In this document: positions 9,004 through 18,364 of the stretch, piece by piece | Layout: each line of letters starts with the position of its first letter | Numbering within the stretch: the stretch's first letter is position 1 | Assembly (NCBI GenBank): GCA_035695505.1 | Contig: DASRRQ010000152.1 | Coordinates: forward strand, 13,353-77,352 | Source of the DNA: Marmoricola sp. | GTDB taxonomy: Bacteria; Actinomycetota; Actinomycetes; Propionibacteriales; Nocardioidaceae | Length of the DNA stretch: 64,000 nt | Direction: 5' to 3' | Position numbers and translations under genes: made by a program | Notes under the pieces: generated by a model | Database searches by the model: none | The model's input: the letters and a program-made list of their open reading frames with translations, nothing else | Told to the model about the DNA's origin: nothing

Positions 9004-10779
9004 TCAGTCGCAGGCGGAGGCGATCTTGGTGCCATTCGCGACTGGCAGCAGCCCGGGCGTGAAGTCGAGAACACCGTCGCCGCTCTGGTTCTTCGCGGTG
9101 GTGATGTCGGCCGTCACCGTCATCCGCTGACCCGGGGTGAGCGTGATCGGCAGGAACGCGATCGTGCGCCCGTGGTCGGGATCCGCCGTGATCGTCTGCT
9201 CCGTGCCGTCGACCGTCAGGCCGGTGACCTCGCCCCCGGCCGGAGCGTAGAGGCGGAGGTTGAAGGCGATGTCGCCCTGCTTGGTGAACTCGCCGCTGCC
9301 GAGGATGAACGGGCCGAGCGAGGAGAAGTCCTTGGGCACGTTCGAGCCGAGGGACACGACTGCGTGCAAGTCCTGCGCACCGTGGTCGCGGCAGTCGACG
9401 GCGGAGACCGAGCTGCGGTACTGGAGGTAGTAGTCCATCTTGCCGGCGGTGCTGTCGTTGATGAACAGGCCGACCTGCGGCCGCGAACCGGTCTTGCCCT
9501 GCAGCGTCCCGCCGACCGCGGTGCCGGCGAACCGGGACTCCTCGTCAGCGCGACTGGACCAGATCAGCACCCGGTGCTGGGAGGTGGCCGTGCCGAGGCC
9601 GCGCACCGCCTGCTGCTGGTTGCCCTGACCGCCCATGACCGCGTCGAAGATCTTGCGGGCGACGCTCTCGAAGAAGGTGTCCTGCGCGGTCGCGTTCTGG
9701 ATGTTCTTGTAGGTCTCGTTCAGCAGGGTCGGCGCGACGGTCGCCGCAGTCAGCGTGATGTTGTTGCCGACGGCGATCGGGCCGGTGCCGATCATCATGT
9801 AGCCGAGCGCGACCGGGTCCACCGAGACGACGCCGTCGACCGAGACGCCGAGCCGGCGCTTCACCATCGCCCGGGCGATCTGCGCGTCCTGGGAGAAGTC
9901 CGGTGAGAAGTTCAGGTCGCGGAAGTCGGTCGCCGGCGTCTGCCCGTACTCGTCGAGCGTCTCCTTGGGCAGCGCCACCACCGGGCTCGGGAACCCGTTG
10001 GTGGAGGGGTTGATGTCGCCGGCGGATCCCTGCCAGCCCATCGTCAGACGCCCGTTGTCGGCGTGCAGGATCGCCAGCGAGCCCGGCAGGCCACCGGTCG
10101 AGCGGAGCTCGGCCGGGTTCTGGATCATCAGCAGGTAGGTGCGCGGCCCGTCCGCGCCGAGCATCTGCGGCAGCAGGTCGAAGGCACTCGCCGTGGCGTT
10201 GGCCGCGCTGCGCGCCTCGTCGACCTGGTCCTGGAGATCGCCGACAAGATCGTTGAACGGGAACAGCAGCCTGCCCGAGCGGATCGTGTCGAGGTCGTCA
10301 CCGGCCTGGTCGATCGAGCTCGCCGCCTTCTGGACCTCCGGCGTCAGCTTCGTGACCTCGGCAAGATCGATCTTGCCGTTGACGGGCCGGAAGGCGCCCT
10401 GGTCCAGCGAGTGGCTCAGCTGGAGCGCGATCGGAGCGTTGATGCTGGTCGCGGTGTCGAGCACCCGCGCGACGGTCTGCACGGCGCCGATGTTCCGCCC
10501 GACGTACGGGATGTGCTTGGTGATGTCCCACAACGGGCCGCCGGTCCGGCTGTGCGCGGTGTGGGTGTCACTGCGCAGCGCGTCCAGAGACCGAGAAGCG
10601 CCGGTGAAGTCGCCCGCTTGGATCTGCTTCTGGACCATGTTCGCGTCGTGTCGCGCATTGGTCAGCGCGCGGGACGCCGTCACCGCCTGCCAGCAGAAGT
10701 AGCCGACGACGAGCACTGCGATCGCTGTCAGTCCTACGCCGATCTGGCGGCGCGACAGCTTCAGATGCTGGTCCGCCAC
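9004..10779 (-). CDS. DUF4012 domain-containing membrane-anchored protein
   Basis: N-terminal TM helix; GPRTYLLMIQNPAELRSTGGLPG, NFSPDF, VDGVVSVDPVAL, KMDYY motifs. Confidence 0.85.
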   Translation of the reverse strand: MADQHLKLSRRQIGVGLTAIAVLVVGYFCWQAVTASRALTNARHDANMVQKQIQAGDFTGASRSLDALRSDTHTAHSRTGGPLWDITKHIPYVGRNIGAVQTVARVLDTATSINAPIALQLSHSLDQGAFRPVNGKIDLAEVTKLTPEVQKAASSIDQAGDDLDTIRSGRLLFPFNDLVGDLQDQVDEARSAANATASAFDLLPQMLGADGPRTYLLMIQNPAELRSTGGLPGSLAILHADNGRLTMGWQGSAGDINPSTNGFPSPVVALPKETLDEYGQTPATDFRDLNFSPDFSQDAQIARAMVKRRLGVSVDGVVSVDPVALGYMMIGTGPIAVGNNITLTAATVAPTLLNETYKNIQNATAQDTFFESVARKIFDAVMGGQGNQQQAVRGLGTATSQHRVLIWSSRADEESRFAGTAVGGTLQGKTGSRPQVGLFINDSTAGKMDYYLQYRSSVSAVDCRDHGAQDLHAVVSLGSNVPKDFSSLGPFILGSGEFTKQGDIAFNLRLYAPAGGEVTGLTVDGTEQTITADPDHGRTIAFLPITLTPGQRMTVTADITTAKNQSGDGVLDFTPGLLPVANGTKIASACD

Positions 10780-10789
10780 GAGGGACAGA

Positions 10790-11335
10790 CTAGGAGATCT
10801 GCCAAGAAAGCTCTGCTTCCTCGGCGCGGCGGCGGGCGAAGAATACGGCGAGGCCGCCGATCACGAGGAGTACGAGGCCACCAGCCAGGATCAACCGACT
10901 GGGACCGCCGGTCTTGGAGAGGTTCGCGTCGTTGTTGGTCGGCGTCGTGGTCGCCGTGGCGCGCGGGAGCACGGTCACCGTTGTGGTCCGCTGGGCGGTC
11001 GCCTCGGCGGTGCTACGGGCCGCGCCGCTCGGGTCGACATAGCTGCAGACGCCGGTGAGCGGGATCTTGGTGACCTTGGAGACCTTCGGGGCGACGTAGG
11101 TGGCGACCATCGTGGTGCCGTTGCCCGGCTTGACGCTGTCGCTCTCGGAGACCGACCAGGCGCACGCCACGTTCGAAGCCGCCGTGGCAGTGAAGGTGTC
11201 GCCGCTGTAGACGACCGGCTTGTTCACGGTCAGATTGATCTGCACGTCTGGATAGGCCTGCGCTGACGATGAGACCCCCAGCACCGTCAACAGCGCTGCG
11301 CACACCGCGAATGCGGCAATTGCGAACTTCCTCAT
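10790..11335 (-). CDS. Secreted protein with a sortase-type (LPXTG-like, LSKTG) C-terminal anchor
   Basis: Signal peptide ending SAQA-YP, beta-rich Thr/Val body with a Cys pair, then LSKTGG, a hydrophobic helix and RRR. Confidence 0.75.
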   Translation of the reverse strand: MRKFAIAAFAVCAALLTVLGVSSSAQAYPDVQINLTVNKPVVYSGDTFTATAASNVACAWSVSESDSVKPGNGTTMVATYVAPKVSKVTKIPLTGVCSYVDPSGAARSTAEATAQRTTTVTVLPRATATTTPTNNDANLSKTGGPSRLILAGGLVLLVIGGLAVFFARRRAEEAELSWQIS

Positions 11336-11405
11336 GATTCGTCTCCCAGAACGACTGCATGAACCTGGAGGCTCCCCCCGGATGCCTCTGACGCCTACGC
11401 AAGAC

Positions 11406-11433
11406 TCAACGATGGCTCCGGGGGGAAGTTACG
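11406..11433 (-). promoter_or_regulatory. ECF-sigma promoter CGTAAC-N16-CGTTGA (sigma-BldN-type consensus)
   Basis: The minus strand reads CGTAAC ttccccccggagccat CGTTGA, ending 70 bp upstream of the start codon at 11335. Confidence 0.65.
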
Positions 11434-11555
11434 GAGTGGTTGAAAATCACCAGTGAGGCCGCTGTGAGATCCCAGTCCGGCGTACCTGCCCGGTGTATAG
11501 GGCTAGGTTGGGCGCACCCGGATCCCTGCCGGCGCACCCGCGAATCGGAGAAACC

Positions 11556-12326
11556 ATGAAGAAGGCCGCCCTGGCCAGCCTGGCTGTGCTGCTCCTGACC
11601 GTCTCGGCCTGCGGTGGTGGCACGAAGGCGTCGAGCACCAAGGACGGCAAGGTCGCGGTCTCGACGATGGTCAAGGCGATCACCTCGGCCAACGGCGGTC
11701 TGCTCACCAAGAGCAAGGCGACCTGCGTGGCGACCGCGTTCGTCGACGACGAGGGCACCGCCCGGCTCAAGGCGGCCAAGGTCGTGGGCACCGACTTCAG
11801 CTACAACGACAACGGCGCGAACGTGACGACCAAGACGTCGGCGGCGTACTCCGAGGCGCTGCTCAAGTGCGTCGACGACAAGGCCGCGCTGGCCGCGTTC
11901 CAGAAGTCGATGGAGACGGCGTACGGCGCCTCGACCGCCGGTGTGCTGTCCACGACGAACGTCGATTGCCTCGTCTCCGACTTCGTGACCAAGGCCGGTG
12001 TGCCCGAGCTGCTCTCCAACCGGGTGATCACCGACGCCGGGGTCTTCAACACTGCGGGCCCGAAGTACGACACCAAGACCGCCACCAACCTCGCCAACGC
12101 GATCGTCGGCTGCGTCGACTACCTCAGGGCCGAGGCGCAGGCGGCCGCCAAGACCGACAAGAAGCTGGACGAGACGGCGCTGGAGAAGTGCCTGAAGGCC
12201 AACATCACCGAGACCCAGATCCGCGATTCGGTGGTCGCCACGATCACCAACTCGACCGGCGCCAACGCCGAGGTCACCGCGATCAACAACAAGGCGTCGA
12301 GCTGCGAGAAGTCCTCCAAGCGCTGA
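11556..12326 (+). CDS. Lipoprotein with internally repeated Cys-pair domains
   Basis: MKKAALASLAVLLLTVSAC lipobox and GGAG RBS; duplicated CxxxxFV...CVD segments. Confidence 0.75.
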   Translation: MKKAALASLAVLLLTVSACGGGTKASSTKDGKVAVSTMVKAITSANGGLLTKSKATCVATAFVDDEGTARLKAAKVVGTDFSYNDNGANVTTKTSAAYSEALLKCVDDKAALAAFQKSMETAYGASTAGVLSTTNVDCLVSDFVTKAGVPELLSNRVITDAGVFNTAGPKYDTKTATNLANAIVGCVDYLRAEAQAAAKTDKKLDETALEKCLKANITETQIRDSVVATITNSTGANAEVTAINNKASSCEKSSKR

Positions 12327-12344
12327 TCGGTCTCAGCCGATCCG

Positions 12345-13880
12345 TCAGCTGGCCACCACGGAGATCACCCGCGACCTGACCTCGGGCACGGCCCAGGCCC
12401 TCGCCGTACGACGCAACCGGTACGCCGACCAGCACCCGAACGGGACGGCCAGCAGCACCGGCACGATCCAATCCGGGCTGAGCGCAGCCGCCGAGAAGAA
12501 CAGACCGACCAGGGTCGTCCGTGCCGCCAGCCGGGCGCTGTAGCCCGCCATCACCACCGGCGGTGCGGGAGTCGCGCGCGCACTGCGCAGGTCTACGGCG
12601 TACGGGTTGTCCACCGACCATTGCAGCGAGGTCGCCACGACCTGGGCGGCGACGACCAGCGTGGCCATCAGTACTGCTGCAGCCTCGCTCGCGCTCGGGA
12701 CGCCGGCCCGTGGCGCGGCCAGGGCGATCGTCACCGCAGCCGACGCCAGCAGGACCTCGAAGAGCACCACGACCTTCGCGGTGAAGGCAGTCCGGGGCGC
12801 CACCGGCAGGCTGTCGCGCCAGAGCGCGCCGCGGCCATCCAGGCACCAGGCGTTGACCCCGAACAACAGCGCCCCTCCGGACGCCACAAGTCCCGGAAGG
12901 ACCGTGACCAGCTCCCAGGTCAGATCGCCGGCCAGCGCCACAGCGCCGGGCATCAGGCCGAGGACGAGCAGGCCGCGTCGCAGCGGCACCGAGCGCCAGA
13001 TCGACGCGCGATCGAGGCGGATCATCGCGACCAGGTCGCAGCGCGGGTTCGGCCGCTGGTCGCGGTGCCCGGACTCCAGTCTGAGCTCCTCACGCTGTGG
13101 ACGGTGCAGGGCCCAGCGCGCGGGAATCAGGCCCGCGACGGCGGTCGCGACGGCCAGACCGGCCAACGCCAGCACCCCCAGAGTCCAGCGCCACCACTCG
13201 CCGCCGGTGCCGAAGGACGACGTCAGATACACGTGCACGGTCGGGCTGTGGTCGAGCATCGGCGTGAACCGGCCGGTGATGACGAGCGCCGCGATCGCGG
13301 CAGCGGCCACGGCGGCGACCGACCGCGAGACTCCGGCGCCGGCCGGACCGCGCCGGATGCCCTCGAAGGTCCACCCGAGCAACTGGCCCAATGCGGTCCC
13401 GAACGCGATCCACAGCAGCACCGGAACCACGGCCGCGAGCAGGTTGGCGGGTCCGAGCACGTACGCCGTGCTCCCCAGCAGGGTCCAGGCCTGGATCAGC
13501 CAGGCGACGTTCAGCGGAGCCAGCAGCAGCGCGCCGTAGTGCTCGGTGACGGCGGAGACCGGGAACGCGACGGCCTGGTCGCGTGGGACCACCTCACGAC
13601 CGCCGCCCGAGCTGATCGCCGCCAGCACCGCGAGAGCCGCAAATCCGAGGTAGAGGCTCGGCAGCAGGGCGACCAGGTCCGAGGCGTGCTTGCCTCCGAG
13701 CGGCCCGCGCAGGTACGCCGGGACCACCACGGCGAGCACCGTGAGCATCGCCACGGCGCCGCCCCCGAGACGCAATGCCGACCGGGAGCCTTCGCTCATC
13801 CCGCTGCGCCGGAACGCCAGCAGCGCGCGCAGATCGGCGGCGCCGCGGCCGAGCTCAGTCCAGGAGTGCCCGGTAGGCAA
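12345..13880 (-). CDS. Multi-pass membrane protein, probable ABC exporter permease
   Basis: More than 10 hydrophobic segments; overlaps and follows an ABC ATPase gene. Start uncertain. Confidence 0.7.
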   Translation of the reverse strand: MPTGHSWTELGRGAADLRALLAFRRSGMSEGSRSALRLGGGAVAMLTVLAVVVPAYLRGPLGGKHASDLVALLPSLYLGFAALAVLAAISSGGGREVVPRDQAVAFPVSAVTEHYGALLLAPLNVAWLIQAWTLLGSTAYVLGPANLLAAVVPVLLWIAFGTALGQLLGWTFEGIRRGPAGAGVSRSVAAVAAAAIAALVITGRFTPMLDHSPTVHVYLTSSFGTGGEWWRWTLGVLALAGLAVATAVAGLIPARWALHRPQREELRLESGHRDQRPNPRCDLVAMIRLDRASIWRSVPLRRGLLVLGLMPGAVALAGDLTWELVTVLPGLVASGGALLFGVNAWCLDGRGALWRDSLPVAPRTAFTAKVVVLFEVLLASAAVTIALAAPRAGVPSASEAAAVLMATLVVAAQVVATSLQWSVDNPYAVDLRSARATPAPPVVMAGYSARLAARTTLVGLFFSAAALSPDWIVPVLLAVPFGCWSAYRLRRTARAWAVPEVRSRVISVVAS

Positions 13881-14571
13881 CGGCCCCTGCCTCCCCGCTG
13901 AGTGCGCCGGCCGCCATCCCGGCGACAGCCGACCCGCCGCGCAGCACCAGCGCTTCCTCGCACACCTCGACGGCCAGATCGCGCAGATGGGTGGAGATCA
14001 GGACGGCGGCGCCTCGTGCCTTCGCCTCGGCGATCACCTGCTGGGTCGCCTCGACGCCGAGGGGGTCGACGCCGTCGAAGGGCTCGTCGAGCAGCAGCAC
14101 CGAGGGCAGGTGGAACGCGGCCAGCGCCACCGAGAGCCGGCGCCCCATCCCGTGGCTGAAGCCGCCGGTGACCCGGTGCGCCGCGCCCGCGAGCTCGAAC
14201 CGGTCCAAGATGTCTGCGGCCCGGTCCTCCCAGCCCTCGAGCCGGCGCAGCCGAGCCGCGAGCTGAAGGTGCTCCCAGGGTGTCGCCCGCGGCACCAGGC
14301 CGCCGACATCGGGGCAGTAGCCGGTCAGGCGCTTGACGGCCAAAGGGTCGCGACGCACGTCGATGCCGTCGACGAGCACAGCACCGTCGGTCGGCGGGAT
14401 CACCCCGGCCAGGACCCGCATCGTGGTCGACTTGCCGGCTCCGTTGCGGCCGAGCAGTGCCGTCGCCCGGCCGGCGTACGCCGTGAGGTCGATGCCGCGG
14501 ACCGCCTCGACACTGCCGAACCGGACGACCAGGCCCTCGATCCGGACCCGATCCCTCCCAAATGCCACCAT
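13855..14571 (-). CDS. ABC transporter ATP-binding protein
   Basis: Walker A GRNGAGKST, signature-like FSHGM, Walker B LLLDEP, H-loop STH. Confidence 0.9.
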   Translation of the reverse strand: MVAFGRDRVRIEGLVVRFGSVEAVRGIDLTAYAGRATALLGRNGAGKSTTMRVLAGVIPPTDGAVLVDGIDVRRDPLAVKRLTGYCPDVGGLVPRATPWEHLQLAARLRRLEGWEDRAADILDRFELAGAAHRVTGGFSHGMGRRLSVALAAFHLPSVLLLDEPFDGVDPLGVEATQQVIAEAKARGAAVLISTHLRDLAVEVCEEALVLRGGSAVAGMAAGALSGEAGAVAYRALLD

Positions 14572-14592
14572 TCCGACATTCTGCCCGCATTT

Positions 14593-14678
14593 CGCCGACC
14601 CGGCTCTCGAATGCGCGAGAACGCAGCGACCCGGCTTTCGAGTGCAGGTTTTTCGTGCACTCCAAAGCCGGGTCGGCG
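14593..14678. repeat. REP-like palindromic cluster, family A (three units)
   Basis: CGCCGACCCGGCTCTCGAATGC, GACCCGGCTTTCGAGTGCA and inverted GTGCACTCCAAAGCCGGGTCGGCG; matches 4318-4428. Confidence 0.85.
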
Positions 14679-14688
14679 TGAATCGGGG

Positions 14689-16869
14689 TCAGGCGGGGAA
14701 GGACTCGCCGTTCTCCGCCATCTCGACCAGGCGCGCGGTCGGCTTGAACCGGTCGCCGTACGTGGCGGCCAGCTCGTTGGCCCGGGTGACGTAGCCGGTA
14801 AGGCCCTTGCCGCCCTTGCCCTCGTAGCCCGTGATGAACTGGGCAGCGCCACCGGTCAGTGCCGGGAAGCCGATGCCCATGATCGAGCCGATGTTCGCGG
14901 CGGCCGCCGAGGTGATGACGCCCTCCTCGAAGCACTTGGCCGTCTCGAGCGTCTCGATGAACAGGTACCGGTCCTTGAGGTCCTCGATGTCGGCCGGCTC
15001 GGCGTTCGACGGGAACACCTCGGCAAGACCCTTCCACAGGTCGCCTCGGTTGCCGCTCTCGTCGTAGTCGTAGAACCCGGCGCCGCGCAGGCGACCCGGA
15101 CGACCGAGCTCGATCATCGTGTCGACGACCTTGGTGCCGGCGGCCGGTACGACGTCCGCACCGGCTGCGTCGACGGTGGCCTTGTTGATCTTGGCCATCA
15201 GCTCCATGTTCAGCTCGTCGGAGAGCTGCAGGGTGCCGACCGGGTAGCCGGCCTGCGTTGCCGCGCGCTCCACCGACATCGGGTGGACGCCCTCGCTGAG
15301 CATCGCGAGGCCCTCCATCACCATCGTCCCGATGACCCGGCTGGTGTAGAAGCCGCGACTGTCGTTGACCACGATCGGCGTCTTGCGGATCGCGGAGACG
15401 ACGTCGAGCGCCTGCGCGACCGCGACATCGGAGGTCTTCGCGCCCTTGATGATCTCGACCAGCGGCATCTTGTCGACCGGCGAGAAGAAGTGCAGGCCGA
15501 TGAAGTCATCGGGACGGCTGACGCCCTCGGCGAGCTCGGTGATCGGCAGCGTCGAGGTGTTCGAGCACAGCAGCGCGTCGGCGTTGATATGCGGCTCGAT
15601 CTCGGCGAACACCGTCGCCTTCAGCGACGGGTCCTCGAAGACGGCCTCGATGACCAGGTCGGCGCCGGCGGCATCGGCCGGGTCGGCGGTCGCGGTGATC
15701 AGGCCCAGGATCCCGGCCTTCTTCTCCTCGGTCATCTTGCCGCGCGCGACGGCCTTGGAGAGCAGCTTGTCGGAGTACGACTTGCCCTTCTCAGCTGCCT
15801 CGATGGAGACGTCCTTGAGGACGACCTGGATGCCGGCGCGTGCCGCGGAGTACGCGATACCGGCGCCCATCATGCCGGCGCCGAGGACGACGGCCTTCGT
15901 CGGCTTGTACGCCGGCACGTCCTTCGGGCGCAGCGAGCCGCCCGAGATCGCGGAGAGGTCGAAGAAGAACGACTGGATCATGTTCTTCGCGTTCTGACCG
16001 GTCACCAGGCTGGTGAAGTAGCGCGACTCGATCTTGCTCGCGGTCTCGAAGTCGACCTGCGCGCCCTCGATGGCAGCAGCCATGATCGCCCGCGGGGCCG
16101 GGTACATCGCACCCTTGGTCTGCTTGCGCAGCATCGCTGGGAACGCCGGCAGGAAGCCGGCCAGGGCCGGGCTCGAAGGGGAGCCGCCGGGCATCTTGTA
16201 TCCCTTGCGGTCCCACGGCTGGGTGGCCGCGTCGGCGTTGTCCTTGTTGTCGAGGATCCACTTCTTGGCGGCCGGGACCAGCTCGTCCTGGGTCGCCACG
16301 AGCTCGTCGACGAGACCCTTGTCCTTGGCAGCTGCCGGCTTGAAGCGGGGGCCCTGCAGCAGGAAGCTCATCAGGCCGTCCTGGATGCCGAACATCCGGA
16401 TGATGCGGGTGACGCCGCCGCCGCCGGGGAGCAGGCCGAGGGTCACCTCGGGCAGGCCCAGGTCGATCTTGGCGTCGTCGACGACGACCCGGTGGTGGGT
16501 CGCCAGCGCGATCTCCAGGCCGCCGCCGAGGGCGGCGCCGTTGATCGCCGCGACGACCGGCTTACCGAGCAGCTCGATCTTGCGCAGGTCGGCCTTGATG
16601 CCCTGGCTCAGCGCGAAGATCTCGTCGGAGTCCTCCGGCGTCGCGCTCATCATGTTCTTCAGGTTGCCGCCGGCGAAGAAGGTCTTCTTCGCGCTGGTGA
16701 TGACGACGCCGGTGATGTCGTCCTTCTCGGCGTACAGGCGCTCGATGGCCTCGGCCATCGAGTCCTTGTACAGCTCGTTCATGGTGTTAGCGGACGCGGT
16801 CGGGTCGTCGAGGATCAGGGTGACGATGCCGTCCGAGTCGCGCTCGTACTTCACAGCAGATTCGGTCAT
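14689..16869 (-). CDS. fadB: Fatty-acid oxidation multifunctional enzyme alpha subunit (enoyl-CoA hydratase / 3-hydroxyacyl-CoA dehydrogenase)
   Basis: Crotonase domain (INGAALGGGLEIAL, GLPEVTLGLLPGGGG) plus NAD domain (GAGMMGAG, SNTSTLPI, GLHFFSPV). Confidence 0.92.
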   Translation of the reverse strand: MTESAVKYERDSDGIVTLILDDPTASANTMNELYKDSMAEAIERLYAEKDDITGVVITSAKKTFFAGGNLKNMMSATPEDSDEIFALSQGIKADLRKIELLGKPVVAAINGAALGGGLEIALATHHRVVVDDAKIDLGLPEVTLGLLPGGGGVTRIIRMFGIQDGLMSFLLQGPRFKPAAAKDKGLVDELVATQDELVPAAKKWILDNKDNADAATQPWDRKGYKMPGGSPSSPALAGFLPAFPAMLRKQTKGAMYPAPRAIMAAAIEGAQVDFETASKIESRYFTSLVTGQNAKNMIQSFFFDLSAISGGSLRPKDVPAYKPTKAVVLGAGMMGAGIAYSAARAGIQVVLKDVSIEAAEKGKSYSDKLLSKAVARGKMTEEKKAGILGLITATADPADAAGADLVIEAVFEDPSLKATVFAEIEPHINADALLCSNTSTLPITELAEGVSRPDDFIGLHFFSPVDKMPLVEIIKGAKTSDVAVAQALDVVSAIRKTPIVVNDSRGFYTSRVIGTMVMEGLAMLSEGVHPMSVERAATQAGYPVGTLQLSDELNMELMAKINKATVDAAGADVVPAAGTKVVDTMIELGRPGRLRGAGFYDYDESGNRGDLWKGLAEVFPSNAEPADIEDLKDRYLFIETLETAKCFEEGVITSAAAANIGSIMGIGFPALTGGAAQFITGYEGKGGKGLTGYVTRANELAATYGDRFKPTARLVEMAENGESFPA

Positions 16870-16919
16870 GTTTTTTCCTTCGGAAGATTCGATTGCGTTG
16901 GGCCACGCCCGTCACCACA

Positions 16920-16975
16920 TCTCGACACGCTCTTCGCGGGCTCGTTCCTCACCCGCGGACGCTGCTCGATGACCG
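16920..16975. repeat. REP-like element, family B variant (TCTCGACACGCTC...GCTCGATGACC) between fadA and fadB
   Basis: Shares a GTYTCGACA-type start with 43978 and 51324 and carries an internal hairpin CGCGGG...CCCGCG. Confidence 0.45.
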
Positions 16976-17002
16976 ATGAGTTGGTGTGACCTCGTTCCTC
17001 GG

Positions 17003-18220
17003 TTACACCAACTCGACGATGGTCGCGATGCCCATGCCGCCACCGACACAGAGCGTGGCCAGGCCGCGCTTCTGGTCGCGACGCTCGAGCTCGTCGATCA
17101 GGATGCCGAGGATCATCGCGCCGGTCGCACCCAGCGGGTGACCCATCGCGATCGAGCCGCCGTTGACGTTGGTGATCTCGTCGTTGATGCCCATGTCACG
17201 CATGAACCGCATCGCGACAGCGGCGAAGGCCTCGTTGATCTCGAACAGGTCGATGTCCTTGACCTCCAGGCCCGCCTTGGCCAGCGCCTTCCGGGCGGCC
17301 GGGGCCGGTCCGGTCAGCATGATCGTCGGGTCGGCGCCGGAGACGGCGGTCGCGATGATCCGCGCCCGCGGCTTGAGGCCGAGGTCGATGCCGACCTGCT
17401 CGGTGCCGAGCGCGACCAGGGCCGCGCCGTCAACGATGCCCGAGCTGTTGCCGGCGTGGTGGACGTGGTTGATCTTCTCGATCCAGTGGTACTTCTCCAG
17501 CGCCACGTCGTCGAAGCCGGCGTCCGCGCCGATGCCGGCGAAGCTCGGGTTGAGCTTGGCCATGCCCTCGACCGACGACTCGGGCTTGATGAACTCGTCG
17601 CGGTCCAGTACGACAACGCCGTTGCGGTCCTTGACCGGGATCACGGAGTTGTCGAAGAGGCCGTTGGCCCACGCCTTGGCGGCACGGTGGTTGGACTCGA
17701 CGGCGAAGGTGTCGACGTCATCGCGGCTCCAGCCCTCGATGGTGGCGATCAGGTCGGCGCCGATGCCCTGGGGCACGAAGCCTGCAGCGAACGCGGTGGC
17801 CGGGTCGGAGGCCCAAGCGCCACCGTCGGAACCCATCGCGACGCGCGACATCGACTCGACGCCGCCGGCGAGGATCAGGTCCTCGAACCCGCTGCGGACC
17901 CGGCCAGCGGCCTGGTTGACGGCCTCGAGGCCCGAGGCGCAGAAGCGGTTGAGCTGGACGCCGGCGACAGTGTCGGGCAGACCTGCGGCGAGCGCAGCGG
18001 TCTTGGCGATGTCGCCGCCCTGGTCGCCGACCGGCGACACGACGCCGAGGACGACGTCATCGATGCGGCTGGGGTCCAGGTTCGGATTGCGCTCCTGGAT
18101 CGCGTCGATCAGGCCGACGACGAGGTCGACGGGCTTCGTTCCGTGGAGCGAGCCGTCCTTCTTGCCCTTGCCGCGCGGCGTGCGGATGGCGTCGTACACA
18201 AAAGCTTCGGGTTGTGCCAT
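17003..18220 (-). CDS. fadA: Acetyl-CoA acyltransferase (3-ketoacyl-CoA thiolase)
   Basis: [29 protein letters not shown]. Confidence 0.93.
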   Translation of the reverse strand: MAQPEAFVYDAIRTPRGKGKKDGSLHGTKPVDLVVGLIDAIQERNPNLDPSRIDDVVLGVVSPVGDQGGDIAKTAALAAGLPDTVAGVQLNRFCASGLEAVNQAAGRVRSGFEDLILAGGVESMSRVAMGSDGGAWASDPATAFAAGFVPQGIGADLIATIEGWSRDDVDTFAVESNHRAAKAWANGLFDNSVIPVKDRNGVVVLDRDEFIKPESSVEGMAKLNPSFAGIGADAGFDDVALEKYHWIEKINHVHHAGNSSGIVDGAALVALGTEQVGIDLGLKPRARIIATAVSGADPTIMLTGPAPAARKALAKAGLEVKDIDLFEINEAFAAVAMRFMRDMGINDEITNVNGGSIAMGHPLGATGAMILGILIDELERRDQKRGLATLCVGGGMGIATIVELV

Positions 18221-18302
18221 GACCGTCCCAACTAGTCGTTGAATAAGGCGAGCGTTGAATGCGTGCAGGTGTGCCGGGAAGTGGCAAGCACCTTCACCAT
18301 TG

Positions 18303-18325
18303 TGACAGTAAGACTGTCAACGTCA
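18303..18325. promoter_or_regulatory. TGACAGT-N3-ACTGTCA palindrome plus ACGTCA upstream of fadA
   Basis: Perfect 7-bp inverted repeat; on the minus strand it lies between TTGACG and CACAAT. Confidence 0.65.
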
Positions 18326-18364
18326 ATGGCTCGGTCCGAATGTGGCCGGCGTCACCGAATCGGG

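Noticed and set aside
13690-16989. 1099-aa ORF on the + strand
   Set aside because: Antisense shadow of fadB and the ABC ATPase, with no recognisable motifs. Long shadow ORFs are expected at this GC content.
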